Shown one piece after another: positions 44,053 to 54,158 of a stretch of DNA of 64,000 bases. Position numbers and translations under genes: made by a program. Positions within the stretch are counted from its first letter, which is position 1. Each line of letters begins with the position of its first letter. The stretch is from Mesobacillus sp. Lineage in GTDB: Bacteria; Bacillota; Bacilli; Bacillales; Cytobacillaceae. The stretch spans positions 15,254 through 79,253 of the forward strand of contig NZ_JBIQOE010000218.1 of the NCBI RefSeq assembly GCF_047739415.1, given 5' to 3'. The notes beneath the pieces were generated by a model, which saw only the letters and a program-made list of their open reading frames with translations, made no database searches and had not been told where the DNA came from.

Positions 44053-45086
44053 TCATGCTCCTTCATTTCCTTTTCTGAATCAAGCATCATTTTTACAACA
44101 TCTTCGTTATTCGCATCGAACATTTTCATTCGATTTACAAGATTGTTGAAAATACGCTTCTCGGTTGTTTTTTTTAGGTTGTTTAGAATAGTTTCTTTAG
44201 TGCTGAAATATTCGGTTTGAGTATCCTTTACATAGTTCGCATATTCTATGGTATGCCTGTAATTCTTAAAACTCCGTTTTACGTCCTCACTGTTCGAATG
44301 AAGAAATTTTTTTATTTTTACAGAAGGTGCAACAATCCTGTCGTGTTTATTAAATCGAACGATAAATTGACTAGGTAAGATTTCAAACATGGATGTTTTT
44401 TTATATTTTTGTGGTTCATACCCCTCTACAAAAAGTGGTATCATCTCGATATCCCCAGCATCATATTTTCCTGTTTCGAAATTAATTGGCCTTGGCAACA
44501 ACATATAAAGGTGATTTTCTTCAGTTAAGCCAAGTAGAAATAAATCATCCCCTAATGTCGGAATGCGATTCAGCCGACCTAACGCTTGCTCTCTTGGAAC
44601 TTCAAGAGTGTACTCCCTTAATAATTGGTCTTGGGGATTCCCGAGTAACATTCTCCTTTCCGCTTCTTCCCCGTGCTTTTTACGGTTAAAGATTAACTGG
44701 TAAAGGCCATACAACAGAGCAATAGGAAAGCCCACTATATAGATAATAGGCATCATAATCGCCAAGGCTGTCTTTTCGTTTGTAAAAACAAAAGTTAAGA
44801 TTAAGGTGATAAACATTAACAGGATCAACGTGGCAATGAACAGGATAGACAATTTGAAAACAAACATGAATACAGCTAAACCCGTTAATCCAGCTTCTCC
44901 TTCATACACCAATCCAGCATTCCTGAAAAAATCCACTATTCCCATAGCATCCAAAAAAGGGGAAATTCGTTCCCATTGGTATGCTACCAAAAGGGCAACT
45001 GCTATCCCAAATAGTCCAGCAAGCCCTGTTTGCTTGCCTCTGTGATATTGAAGGGCTCCGTTTGCTATACTTAGCAATGTGTTCAT
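44049..45086 (-). CDS. Membrane protein, unknown function
   Basis: 345 aa. About 4 TM segments in the N-terminal 130 aa, then a soluble domain. The stop overlaps the start of the downstream gene (ATGA). Confidence 0.5.
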   Translation of the reverse strand: MNTLLSIANGALQYHRGKQTGLAGLFGIAVALLVAYQWERISPFLDAMGIVDFFRNAGLVYEGEAGLTGLAVFMFVFKLSILFIATLILLMFITLILTFVFTNEKTALAIMMPIIYIVGFPIALLYGLYQLIFNRKKHGEEAERRMLLGNPQDQLLREYTLEVPREQALGRLNRIPTLGDDLFLLGLTEENHLYMLLPRPINFETGKYDAGDIEMIPLFVEGYEPQKYKKTSMFEILPSQFIVRFNKHDRIVAPSVKIKKFLHSNSEDVKRSFKNYRHTIEYANYVKDTQTEYFSTKETILNNLKKTTEKRIFNNLVNRMKMFDANNEDVVKMMLDSEKEMKEHE

Positions 45087-45247
45087 AAATTCTCACCGCC
45101 AGATTATAAAATCAATACTAAATATTACACTTTATATTATCATTATAATACCTGAATTTGGTAAGGTCAATATGCTTTATACTATATAACGGGTTCATAT
45201 TTATTAGCAATATGCGCAAGTTTCCAGGAAGGGAGTTTTAGGGTTCA

Positions 45248-45481
45248 ATGGCTATATTGATTACAATTAAATACGATTCCCCAGCGGGTTTGGTTACCCA
45301 GCAAGGAATATTCCAGACAAAAGGAAAAAGGCCAGAAGAACTCGCATTCAATTGGTGGCAAGAAATTAAACGAACGGTATTCTTCGACAGGCTGATTAAA
45401 GTGGAATTGAATGAGTCTGAGAACATCACTGAAACAATTTTACAAATGGAAAAAGCCCCGGGGGCAGCAGGGCTTAATTAG
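45248..45481 (+). CDS. Small hypothetical protein
   Basis: 77-aa ORF with a weak GGGAG RBS. Confidence 0.3.
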   Translation: MAILITIKYDSPAGLVTQQGIFQTKGKRPEELAFNWWQEIKRTVFFDRLIKVELNESENITETILQMEKAPGAAGLN

Positions 45482-46887
45482 TATCCGAATATGAACTTCT
45501 TGGAAAGACCACGGGCAACAGCAAAAATAATGCTCTCCCTATTTTTCGGAGAACATTCAACTTCACATGGCGATTGGACATTAAGACTGTTTCCTTTCGG
45601 AAGTAACAGTCCTGATCCAGCGTGTATATGCCAATTAGAATCATCCAGAAAAAAGTAAAAATCATCACAGTAATCTAGATACTGGGTCCATTTCTTGTCG
45701 GATAAATAATCTCTGCGCGAAGCCTTTACCTCTACTGCAATTATATGGCCATGTTCGTTGTAGCCAATTACATCTATTCTTTTACCGCTATCGAGCGTAA
45801 ACTCCGTTAAACATGCATACCCTTGGTGGAATAACCATTTAAGGGCAATATCCTGTAATTCGCCATGTCTTTTAATTTCCCTCATAGAAAGTTTATTACT
45901 TGCTTCCACTTGTTCAAAGAACGATTTGGGGGAATTTTTTCTGAGAGAACTCATTTCTTCTTGTATTTCTTCTCTCTCTAATTGAATAGCTCTAATACCC
46001 TCCTTCAACTGAGCAATTTCGTCTTCATAGTCACTTAATAATCCTCTTACTCCTTTGTAGCCTGGATTTCTTGGAATATCCCAATTTCTTGTGAATTCGT
46101 TATTTTCACCCCTTCGAGATTCCTTTTCATAATTCCAGGAGCAATCCCATCCTCGTTTCCACCGCTTCAGCAGATCTGCTGCGATCATATCTAGGTCCTT
46201 GATTAGAAAGATGTATTGGGCATTAGCATTCTCGTTCATCCAATCATCATAATGAGGATTCATTATTGATGGTGGCTTGTTAAAAAAAATGGCGCCCTTT
46301 TCCTGTAGGTTCTTTTGCCATCTGTAATCCAATCTTTTTGCTAAACAGAGTCTGCCGTCTTTGGTGACTCCTAAGTGTTCCAGTAAAAAATCTCTGACTG
46401 ACTTTTCGTATTTATTAAGATAGCTTTCTTTATTAGCGATTTCATTCTGCATTTGACTTAACTCTTCTTGCTTTTTTAGCAAGATTTTTTCGTTATGGTC
46501 CAGCCTGGAAAGTTTTAAATCGACCTCATTTTGAAATTTATTAATCCTTGCCATCTTTTCCCTCAATGCCGGAATATGTTTGCTTAATTCATCTCTCGTT
46601 ATAGAAGGGGAAACGGAATGAAGAATTTCATTTAACCCCGGCCAATCCTTTTCCTTAGCTAGAGAGGTAAGAACTAATGCCTTTGTCCCCAGCTTAGTTA
46701 AAAGAACCCAGGCTTCTTCACTAACTTTTCCATTGGTTAAAGAAAGCAAGTTTTTATATCTGGACAGCCGCTTGGCCTGATCTAAAGATATTCCGAACAT
46801 CTTAGGGATTTCTTTTACTTTCACACCGTTTTTTAGTGCTTCTAAGACTTTAAGACTAAGAGGATCCATACCATTAATCCCAACCAC
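45478..46887 (-). CDS. HTH / coiled-coil / MmcB-like PD-(D/E)xK nuclease-fold fusion protein
   Basis: Probable GTG start at 46887 after GGGGAG; the ORF track begins at 46902. The N-terminal LKVLEALKNGVKVKEIPKMFGISLDQAKRL is HTH-like. A long coiled coil occupies the middle. The C-terminal RIDVIGYNEHGHIIAVEVKASRRDYLSDKKWTQYLDYCDDFYFF matches the MmcB-family pattern. Confidence 0.55.
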   Translation of the reverse strand: MVGINGMDPLSLKVLEALKNGVKVKEIPKMFGISLDQAKRLSRYKNLLSLTNGKVSEEAWVLLTKLGTKALVLTSLAKEKDWPGLNEILHSVSPSITRDELSKHIPALREKMARINKFQNEVDLKLSRLDHNEKILLKKQEELSQMQNEIANKESYLNKYEKSVRDFLLEHLGVTKDGRLCLAKRLDYRWQKNLQEKGAIFFNKPPSIMNPHYDDWMNENANAQYIFLIKDLDMIAADLLKRWKRGWDCSWNYEKESRRGENNEFTRNWDIPRNPGYKGVRGLLSDYEDEIAQLKEGIRAIQLEREEIQEEMSSLRKNSPKSFFEQVEASNKLSMREIKRHGELQDIALKWLFHQGYACLTEFTLDSGKRIDVIGYNEHGHIIAVEVKASRRDYLSDKKWTQYLDYCDDFYFFLDDSNWHIHAGSGLLLPKGNSLNVQSPCEVECSPKNRESIIFAVARGLSKKFIFGY

Positions 46888-47030
46888 AAAATCACTCCCC
46901 AAAAAGTGTACCGTACACTACACTTATTATAGCTAACCAGCTGGAAAAAGTCCAAGCAAAATAGAGCTATTTTGTCCTGTTTAAGGGAGCATGGATAAAT
47001 CTATATACCAGGAATTAAAGAATATACATA

Positions 47031-47135
47031 TTATTTTACTCTGACTTTTACAACCTTAAAGCCTGCTTTTTTAGCTTTTTCAGACGCTTCTTTCATTGCT
47101 TTCAATTCTTTCTCCTGTCGTTTCTTCTTTAGCAT
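47031..47135 (-). CDS. Small Lys-rich peptide (34 aa)
   Basis: AAGGAGG lies 7 nt before the ATG. Reads MLKKKRQEKELKAMKEASEKAKKAGFKVVKVRVK. The longer ORF-track start has no RBS. Confidence 0.3.
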   Translation of the reverse strand: MLKKKRQEKELKAMKEASEKAKKAGFKVVKVRVK

Positions 47136-47306
47136 CATGCATCCTCCTTCGTACAACTTTCTTAGCTGCATTATTAACCAAATCACTATTAAATATACAA
47201 GAATAAGTTCTAACCTTGTCCTCCCCTGATTATATATATCGTAAGAATGGAAATGTGGAAAAGTGACCATGGAATACAACAAAAAAATGAAGAGGTGGGG
47301 GAGAGG

Positions 47307-47780
47307 ATGGGGTACATCAACCCTTTATTTGAAAATAATAAAATAGTAAAAAATGAAACTCAAACCAAGATTGATAAGCCGGAACCAATAATACCGAGAT
47401 CCATTCGCAAAGACAAAACCCATTCGATAAAGTTTCCCGTAACCCCTTTAATGCAAATGAAACTAAAGAGTCAATTTAAACAAGCTAAACGACTAGGGAT
47501 GTCAGGAAAGAGAGGCGAACTTACTCAAACGAAATTCAACACTTACCTGCTACACTTCGGTCTGCAGCATCCGCACATCATTTGGTGGAAGGATAAATAC
47601 AGTGATACCAAGACTTATATGCATACAAATATCCTGGAAACAATATATGAAGCAGAAATAGGGGGGCCTCATGGTTTAGCAATACAAAAAAACCTCTCGG
47701 AGCGAAAGGTGGTATACCACATTATTAACTCGGTTTTAAAATGGCTGGAAGGAGAGGGGAGTATTGAAAAGATCTTATAG
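47307..47780 (+). CDS. Hypothetical protein
   Basis: ATG at 47307 after GAGGTGGGGGAGAGG. 157 aa. Confidence 0.45.
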   Translation: MGYINPLFENNKIVKNETQTKIDKPEPIIPRSIRKDKTHSIKFPVTPLMQMKLKSQFKQAKRLGMSGKRGELTQTKFNTYLLHFGLQHPHIIWWKDKYSDTKTYMHTNILETIYEAEIGGPHGLAIQKNLSERKVVYHIINSVLKWLEGEGSIEKIL

Positions 47781-48390
47781 CCAGTTAAATATGTTGCAGA
47801 ATCATTTGTCAAACACCATGGAATCGCCTCGGTTCTTTAAGCGACTCTTTTTGAGCGATAGACAGCTTATAACTGTTGAAATTCCGTATTATGACTTTAT
47901 CCGCGGGAAAGTCTTTATTGATGATTTAAGGGATAACTTCACCGAAGACGTACCATTCCAGTTTGGGATAAGCGAGTTACTCTATATGTTATATGACGAC
48001 TTCCTTAATCAAGTGAAAAGGGGAGCTAAAAACGACCAAATTGCCGGCTACCTTAAATCCGGAATCCAGCGCCATTTTACAAGCAAAAAAAGAGAGAAAC
48101 GAATCTTAAAACCTTTAACTAACCACGTTTTTGAATTTGAAACTATCGAAGAAGATGATTCGCCATCCCAGAAGGTGAAAACGGCTTATCTAGACATCCG
48201 AATGAAAGAATCTGAGGTTTTACGTGCGGAAGTGCTTTTATTCGATTTAGAGCCATTTCTGGGCGATACAGAACTGTCCATAGAACAAATGATTGCTATT
48301 GTATATTTAGACTTTATTGACAATGTAAAGGCGGAAGGGAACTCTTTGAAAGTCCAAAAGTCAATCCTTGCACATCTGAAAAAGCTTTAA
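47764..48390 (+). CDS. Hypothetical protein
   Basis: 208 aa. Overlaps the previous gene by 17 nt. Confidence 0.45.
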   Translation: MKRSYSQLNMLQNHLSNTMESPRFFKRLFLSDRQLITVEIPYYDFIRGKVFIDDLRDNFTEDVPFQFGISELLYMLYDDFLNQVKRGAKNDQIAGYLKSGIQRHFTSKKREKRILKPLTNHVFEFETIEEDDSPSQKVKTAYLDIRMKESEVLRAEVLLFDLEPFLGDTELSIEQMIAIVYLDFIDNVKAEGNSLKVQKSILAHLKKL

Positions 48391-48440
48391 AGACATCCTA
48401 ATCCCAAAGAAAGCCGCTTTTCACACGAAAAGTGGCTTCA

Positions 48441-48776
48441 CTAGTTAATCGTAATATCAACTATTTCAGTCAACTTAATTTCAATCCATTCCCCAAACTT
48501 ATCGACAATTTTAAGCGTTCTTTTCATTTCATTGTAATAGTGAAAATGGCCAATGATCAATTTGTATTGCCGCTTCGTATAGTAAGTGACGGCCGCGGTT
48601 TGGTTGAATTCCATGCTTTTATAAATAATTTCATTAAGTTGTTCAAGCTGTTGTTCATCTAATAGTGGTTTTTTTACCTCTTCTAGCTCTTCGTACATTC
48701 GATTAAGTTTAGATGAAAGGTCTGGTTGAAAGGAAACCATCCTGAACTTCATTTTTCCTCGATCTTTGATTGACAT
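48441..48776 (-). CDS. YolD-like protein
   Basis: 111 aa. The pattern KKPLLDEQQLEQLNEII...AVTYYTKRQYKLIIGHFHYYNEMKRTLKIVD...IKLTEIVDI is typical of YolD-like proteins. No Y-family polymerase gene lies adjacent. Confidence 0.5.
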   Translation of the reverse strand: MSIKDRGKMKFRMVSFQPDLSSKLNRMYEELEEVKKPLLDEQQLEQLNEIIYKSMEFNQTAAVTYYTKRQYKLIIGHFHYYNEMKRTLKIVDKFGEWIEIKLTEIVDITIN

Positions 48777-48951
48777 TAGTACTCACCCTTCGGAACGTTT
48801 GTTCTAATTTTACCCATTCAGTGACAATATAACAACAGATTTTAAACTTAAACCGGTGTTAAGGCCTATCTCTCAATAAACCGATGGAGGATATGGCTTC
48901 CTATACAACTTAAGTGTTTTTAAGTAAGATGAAAGAGGGGGGCGATTTTGT

Positions 48952-49119
48952 ATGAACAACAAGGAATTTATTGACTTTTTGCACAGCTTAGAGAAAAAAG
49001 AATTGACTGAGTTGACTATTTATCTTACTGGTTATTACGAGAAACAGGGATTCAAAGAGGTAGCATTAGATTTTCTTAGTCGAACAAAAGATATCGAAGA
49101 AAGAACAATGAAGAAATGA
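48952..49119 (+). CDS. Small hypothetical protein (55 aa)
   Basis: ATG after AAAGAGGGGGG. Reads MNNKEFIDFLHSLEKKELTELTIYLTGYYEKQGF... Below the ORF-track size cutoff. Confidence 0.3.
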   Translation: MNNKEFIDFLHSLEKKELTELTIYLTGYYEKQGFKEVALDFLSRTKDIEERTMKK

Positions 49120-49224
49120 AAAGGAAAACTATTGCGTACTACTTATTTTGCCTGAGGATTGCACTTTTTCTCTGACTCAAAAGAAACTTGCACAATATAA
49201 GAACTGAGGCCTCGAGTTAAAGCC

Positions 49225-50352
49225 TCAGTTTTTATTTCTGGATTTATCCATCCTGTCTATGACTTTCTTACTTTCCGCTGCTGATAAGTTTGTATATTTG
49301 CTTGTCGCTTCCATAGAACTGTGACCTAATTGATCTCTTAGCAAAACCAGATTTCCGCCTGTGCGAATCCACTCACTTGCGAAAGTGTGACGGAATTTAT
49401 GTGGACTTAGCGCTTGACCTGTTGAGTCACCTTGTGAGTTAAAAGCGACTGTATATTTCGCGACAAGGTTTTGTATGGCCCGTACCGATATAGGATGAGC
49501 ATTACCCTTATAGCGAGTAACAAAGACATAAGGTACGCTATTAGCGCTCTTATAACGCTCTTCTCTAACCTGAAGGTAACTTTTTAATGCTTTAAGAGCA
49601 GAAGGGAGGACCAGTACCGTATCTTCTTTGTTTCCCTTACGTATGATGTCGATCTGTTCTTTTTTGAAGTTGATATCATGAATCAGTAGATTAGCAATTT
49701 CACTTACGCGAACTCCGCTGCCTAGCAAGACGCTTATAATGGCAATATCCCGTTCTTTGTCCCGCAAAAATAAGGACAGCTGGTGTTTGCTGAGGTTCTT
49801 TTCATACTCAACTTCTAAAAAATACAAAAAATCATCAATTTCCTGGTCCGAAAGAATAATTGAACTTATTTTTTTTGCGCGCCGGTTGGCCGTAATCTTT
49901 TCTTTACTCAACTTGATTTTGCTGAAAACATTTCGATAAAAGTAGCACTCACCGTCCTGATTTTCGGTTTCTTGAGTGAGATAGTTAAACAGCGATTTAA
50001 GTGCATTAATGTTTCTCAACACAGCATCATTTGATCTTTTCTTAGGGACTCCATTCCTCTCCTGAATGACTTCTTCTTCTAAGTGCTCTTTATAATACTC
50101 CACATTCTCTTTACTGAGCTTTTCCAGTGTTTCAAGAGAAGTTTCCCTAATAAGTTCTACATTTGAAATCCCCTCTTGCCGAAGCCATTGAAAGAACTTA
50201 TAGAAATCATGCACATATCCAAGAAGGGTAGAAGCGGAATATTTACTTCGTTTTTTTGCCCTTATATATTCCACAACATAAGGCGGCATATCAGCTAATT
50301 TAGCTTCTAGCCGCTTTTCGTGTACCATCTTTTCTCTTGATGGAGCAGGCAT
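49225..50352 (-). CDS. Tyrosine recombinase/integrase (XerC/XerD-like)
   Basis: 375 aa with the full catalytic set: GSGVRVSEI, HKFRHTFAS and LGHSSMEATSKYT. Confidence 0.85.
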   Translation of the reverse strand: MPAPSREKMVHEKRLEAKLADMPPYVVEYIRAKKRSKYSASTLLGYVHDFYKFFQWLRQEGISNVELIRETSLETLEKLSKENVEYYKEHLEEEVIQERNGVPKKRSNDAVLRNINALKSLFNYLTQETENQDGECYFYRNVFSKIKLSKEKITANRRAKKISSIILSDQEIDDFLYFLEVEYEKNLSKHQLSLFLRDKERDIAIISVLLGSGVRVSEIANLLIHDINFKKEQIDIIRKGNKEDTVLVLPSALKALKSYLQVREERYKSANSVPYVFVTRYKGNAHPISVRAIQNLVAKYTVAFNSQGDSTGQALSPHKFRHTFASEWIRTGGNLVLLRDQLGHSSMEATSKYTNLSAAESKKVIDRMDKSRNKN

Positions 50353-50379
50353 CGCATACCATCCTTTCTAAGATAGATT

Positions 50380-51099
50380 TTAAACTGACCGCTTGTAATC
50401 GCCATATAAATTCGGATAAATTTCTTCTTTGACCCTCTTGAAATTCTTAGTGATTGTATACTGATAATAAGAAACTATAAGCATTAATAATAAAAGCAAT
50501 CCATAAATAGAAAAGAAAATACTATGTATCTCTGTTATGTTTAAAACCATGAATCCGGTCCCAACCGATAGTAAGAAAGAAAGAGCTCTAGAAACGAAAA
50601 AGATTATCTTCAAACGATTTTCTAAACAAAAGTAAACCTCAAAAGAGGAATATGCATTTTTAGCCTGCAGACGCCAGGAATCTTTAGCCTTTTCCATTCG
50701 CTCCTTGAACTCAGTTAAAAGCTTATCTTCGCGGCTTTTTATTGGTTCTATTGCTCGATCAAACAAAATTTGCTTTTGAATCATTTGAAATTCATCCTTG
50801 TGTGCTTCCAGTACAGTTTTTTTCCAACTATTATTTTCAGAGGTAATCACTTTTTTATTAATGCCTGTAAGCGCAGTAAAGAGGGCTGCTGCATTAGTAA
50901 AACAGAACAAGGCAATTAGCAGGGATACATTGTTGCTAATGTAATTAGGATATAGAAGTCGGTTTAAAAAAAGGAGCCCGGAAGCAAAAGCTATCCAGGT
51001 CATTATCAGAATAAACCACCTAAAGCTGAAGTAGTGGGACATTAAAGTAACACTTCCATTCTTTTTGTCGATTTTTGTCGAATTGTGCGTGAAATACAA
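50380..51099 (-). CDS. Four-TM membrane protein with central helical cytoplasmic segment, unknown function
   Basis: 239 aa (or about 220 aa from Met20). Two N-terminal and two C-terminal TM helices. Lies 26 nt downstream of the MmeI-like gene and 27 nt upstream of the recombinase gene, all on the same strand. Confidence 0.5.
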   Translation of the reverse strand: MYFTHNSTKIDKKNGSVTLMSHYFSFRWFILIMTWIAFASGLLFLNRLLYPNYISNNVSLLIALFCFTNAAALFTALTGINKKVITSENNSWKKTVLEAHKDEFQMIQKQILFDRAIEPIKSREDKLLTEFKERMEKAKDSWRLQAKNAYSSFEVYFCLENRLKIIFFVSRALSFLLSVGTGFMVLNITEIHSIFFSIYGLLLLLMLIVSYYQYTITKNFKRVKEEIYPNLYGDYKRSV

Positions 51100-51125
51100 T
51101 TTTAATGAACATTTATTTCAGTTTA

Positions 51126-53834
51126 TTATTTTCTTGCCTTTTGAACATATAGATCGAAAAGGTGGGCAACTCGCTCTTCATCAGTTTTGAAGGTCTTACC
51201 ATAGGCTTTTTCTACCGCTTTATCTAATTCATAGTGAGCTTTCAACAAATCTGGGGGAGTGGACAAAGGATCATATAAATCTGCTAGTGTACTATCAGGA
51301 TACTTACTCCGTACATCCAAAATCCTTTTTGCCTTTTTCACTATTTCATCTTTCTGCTTCTCTGTTGGCTCTGGAAATACAAAGTTGTTGTAAACCAGTG
51401 TATTGGAATATCTATATCGACTTTCTAAGCGTCCGCAAACTGTCCGCATCCAAGCCATATGCATGGAAGAATTCAAAATGCCAAACAAAAACAAATCCGC
51501 ATTAGCAACTTGAATAGCTGAATCACCGCAGATTGTAGGGGATTTGAAATAACCAATTGGAATAATTTTTCGATTTTCAGAAGTGTGTCTAGGAATAATT
51601 AAAATATCTTCATCGGTGGTTCTATCTTCTGTCAATCGAGTAGGAAAATCCGCCCATTTTCTTGTGGCAGCTTTTTTACTTAATGACCGCATTCTTTTTA
51701 CGTTCTCAACCCGCTCTAACACATGGGGCATTTTTCTTAATTCTTCTGGTGGGCAATCCGCTAGATATAAACAATAACGTTGATAACCGTTGATCAATTC
51801 ATGACTTCCCACCCAGGGTCTAAAATATTTTTCTGACAAAGGCTCCTTGACAATAAACTCCTTCATTTCCTCTTCCTTGAATAAGTAGTTACCACCATCG
51901 GTAGGTTGGCTACCTTTAGTCATTGATGGTGCATTACTGATGGGTTCTCTTCGTTTTTCTATAAATACAACGGGTGCTTCCAATAAGTATTGATTAATCA
52001 TCTCCACCGATTTGGAAGTGGGTTCTCCAATGATACTAGGATAAGAAAATAAAGTTTTCGGAAGGCCTCTCATGCTGCTAAAGCCAATAATCACGCAGTA
52101 AACCGCCGCTTTCCCCTTGGCCTCGTTATTCCATCTAAAAGTTTGGTGGGCAAAGTGAATCTCCACGTCTTTTTGTAACATTAAATATCTCCAAAGAATA
52201 ATCGCTTGCTCGCCCTGAACCACCGAGTTAGTGGATACCAGGCCAACTTTTATTTTTGTTCCTCTAATGTAATCTGCTGCTTTAACATACCATCCTGTTA
52301 CAAAGTCGAGCGAACCAGCCTTCGGTATCACTTTCGTAACTTGTTTCAAATCCTCTTTTTGCTCTGATGTCATCAAACTTGAGCCTATAAAGGGTGGATT
52401 CCCCAAAATGTAATTTAGTTGATTCTTGGCAATAACATCACTCCAATCAAGATGGAGGGCGTTACCATGCACAATATGAGGTCGTTTCCTTAACGGCAAA
52501 CGGACAAAATATTCTCCAAATTCATTGCTCACCTTCATGTTCATTTGATGGTCAATGAGCCATAAGGCCACTTGAGCAATTTGTGAGGCAAATTCATCAA
52601 TTTCAATGCCGTAAAATTGATCTACGTCTACTTTTACCCACAAATCAATATTTAGAGTCATTTGTCCTCGGAGTAATTCTCGTATGACTTCTAGTTCCAA
52701 GATTCGAATTTCACGATATGAAATAATCAGGAAATTTCCACAACCACAAGCAGGATCCAAAAATTTCAGTAATGCCAACTTATCGTGGAATTCATGAAGT
52801 CTTTCCTCTCGGCGCGTCTTAATGTTTTTGATTTTCTCAAACTCTTCCCAAAGCTCATCCAAAAAAAGAGGCTTAATCACTTTTAAGATGTTTTCTTCAC
52901 TTGTATAATGAGCACCTAAGGTTCGGCGCTGCCCTGCATCCATCACACTTTGAAATAAAGATCCAAAAACGGCAGGGGAGATAAGCCCCCAATCTAACGC
53001 AGCACTTTCAAGTAGTAATTCTCTCATTTCAGAATCAAAGGTAGCTATTCCTAGCCTTTCCGCAAATAAACTGCCGTTTACATATGGAAATTTATTAAGT
53101 ATTTCATCAATGTTTTTTGCCCGGTTTTCAACTGGTGTGTTAAGCGTTTCATATAGACCGGCAAGGTATAGACCGAGGTCGTGACCATCCTCCGAAGTTT
53201 CATGTTCTATGTAATCACGGAAGAGATTTTTTTCAAAAATACCGGTATCATCAGCAAATAAGCAGAATAAAAGCCTAACTAGGAATACTTCTAAATCGTG
53301 GCCAGCATAACCTACGGATTTTAACTTATCATGCAGTTCTCCCATTTTTTCCGCTGCTTTAATATTAACAGGATCTTGTTCCTTTATTTCTTGCTTTTGG
53401 TATCCGGCAATGAATCCAAATAATTCAATATTTTGAGCAAACTGATTTAACTTAAACCGTCTGTCTCCACCTTGTTCCAAATCATATAAAACAAAGTTTT
53501 CAAAGTCAGACACCAATATGTACTTTGGCAACTCTGATTCTTTTAATCCAGGAAAGTAATCTGTGGCTTGTTTATATGCCCGCTCAAGATCTTTTCCTTT
53601 TGATTTGTGTTCAATCAGAAGGACACCTTTCCAAAGCAAGTCAATGAACCCTTGGCCATTTAAGGTTTTTACGTGTTTTTCGAAAGCGGCAACTCGGCGG
53701 CGAGAAATGCCAAAAACATCAAAAAAGTCATCCCAAAAACTTTTAGCTTCAGCATGTTCCCGGGTTTCATCTTTCCACTCATTTTGAAACCGAATGGCCC
53801 TCGTTCGGATTTCCTGCCATGAAAGATTAGCCAT
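51126..53834 (-). CDS. MmeI-family Type IIL restriction-modification enzyme (fused endonuclease / N6-adenine methyltransferase / TRD)
   Basis: Start taken at MANLSWQEIRTRAIRF. The N-terminal FWDDFFDVFGISRRRVAAFEKHV...GFIDLLWKGVLLIEHKSKGKDLERAYKQATDYF closely parallels the MmeI N-terminal PD-ExK region as I recall it. SAM motif LDPACGCGNFL. Catalytic motif GNPPFIG. Confidence 0.8.
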   Translation of the reverse strand: MANLSWQEIRTRAIRFQNEWKDETREHAEAKSFWDDFFDVFGISRRRVAAFEKHVKTLNGQGFIDLLWKGVLLIEHKSKGKDLERAYKQATDYFPGLKESELPKYILVSDFENFVLYDLEQGGDRRFKLNQFAQNIELFGFIAGYQKQEIKEQDPVNIKAAEKMGELHDKLKSVGYAGHDLEVFLVRLLFCLFADDTGIFEKNLFRDYIEHETSEDGHDLGLYLAGLYETLNTPVENRAKNIDEILNKFPYVNGSLFAERLGIATFDSEMRELLLESAALDWGLISPAVFGSLFQSVMDAGQRRTLGAHYTSEENILKVIKPLFLDELWEEFEKIKNIKTRREERLHEFHDKLALLKFLDPACGCGNFLIISYREIRILELEVIRELLRGQMTLNIDLWVKVDVDQFYGIEIDEFASQIAQVALWLIDHQMNMKVSNEFGEYFVRLPLRKRPHIVHGNALHLDWSDVIAKNQLNYILGNPPFIGSSLMTSEQKEDLKQVTKVIPKAGSLDFVTGWYVKAADYIRGTKIKVGLVSTNSVVQGEQAIILWRYLMLQKDVEIHFAHQTFRWNNEAKGKAAVYCVIIGFSSMRGLPKTLFSYPSIIGEPTSKSVEMINQYLLEAPVVFIEKRREPISNAPSMTKGSQPTDGGNYLFKEEEMKEFIVKEPLSEKYFRPWVGSHELINGYQRYCLYLADCPPEELRKMPHVLERVENVKRMRSLSKKAATRKWADFPTRLTEDRTTDEDILIIPRHTSENRKIIPIGYFKSPTICGDSAIQVANADLFLFGILNSSMHMAWMRTVCGRLESRYRYSNTLVYNNFVFPEPTEKQKDEIVKKAKRILDVRSKYPDSTLADLYDPLSTPPDLLKAHYELDKAVEKAYGKTFKTDEERVAHLFDLYVQKARK

Positions 53835-53876
53835 TTTTTCAACTCCATTCAATACAAGATGGTTTTTATCAGATGC

Positions 53877-54158
53877 TTAATAACTTTTTCTTTTACCCCC
53901 ATTGAGATAAATTATAGCAACTACAACACCGGTCATACTCAAAAAATAGCTGGCAATATTGAAGTTTGAGAAATTGAAATATGGAGAAAGAATTGTAGAA
54001 AGTTCCTCACTATAAACAGTTAATAGCATCGCCAGAAAAATTAAAGAAAATGATCTTATAACTCTTTTATTTACTCCTTTTGTAATTGCCAAGAACCCTG
54101 TGAATACCATAGATAACCCCATGGTTACAGAGGTTAAAATTTTTAAAGTTTCTATCAT
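53877..54158 (-). CDS. Small three-TM membrane protein
   Basis: 93 aa, hydrophobic. RBS AAGGAGG. First gene of the minus-strand array that ends with the recombinase. Confidence 0.45.
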   Translation of the reverse strand: MIETLKILTSVTMGLSMVFTGFLAITKGVNKRVIRSFSLIFLAMLLTVYSEELSTILSPYFNFSNFNIASYFLSMTGVVVAIIYLNGGKRKSY

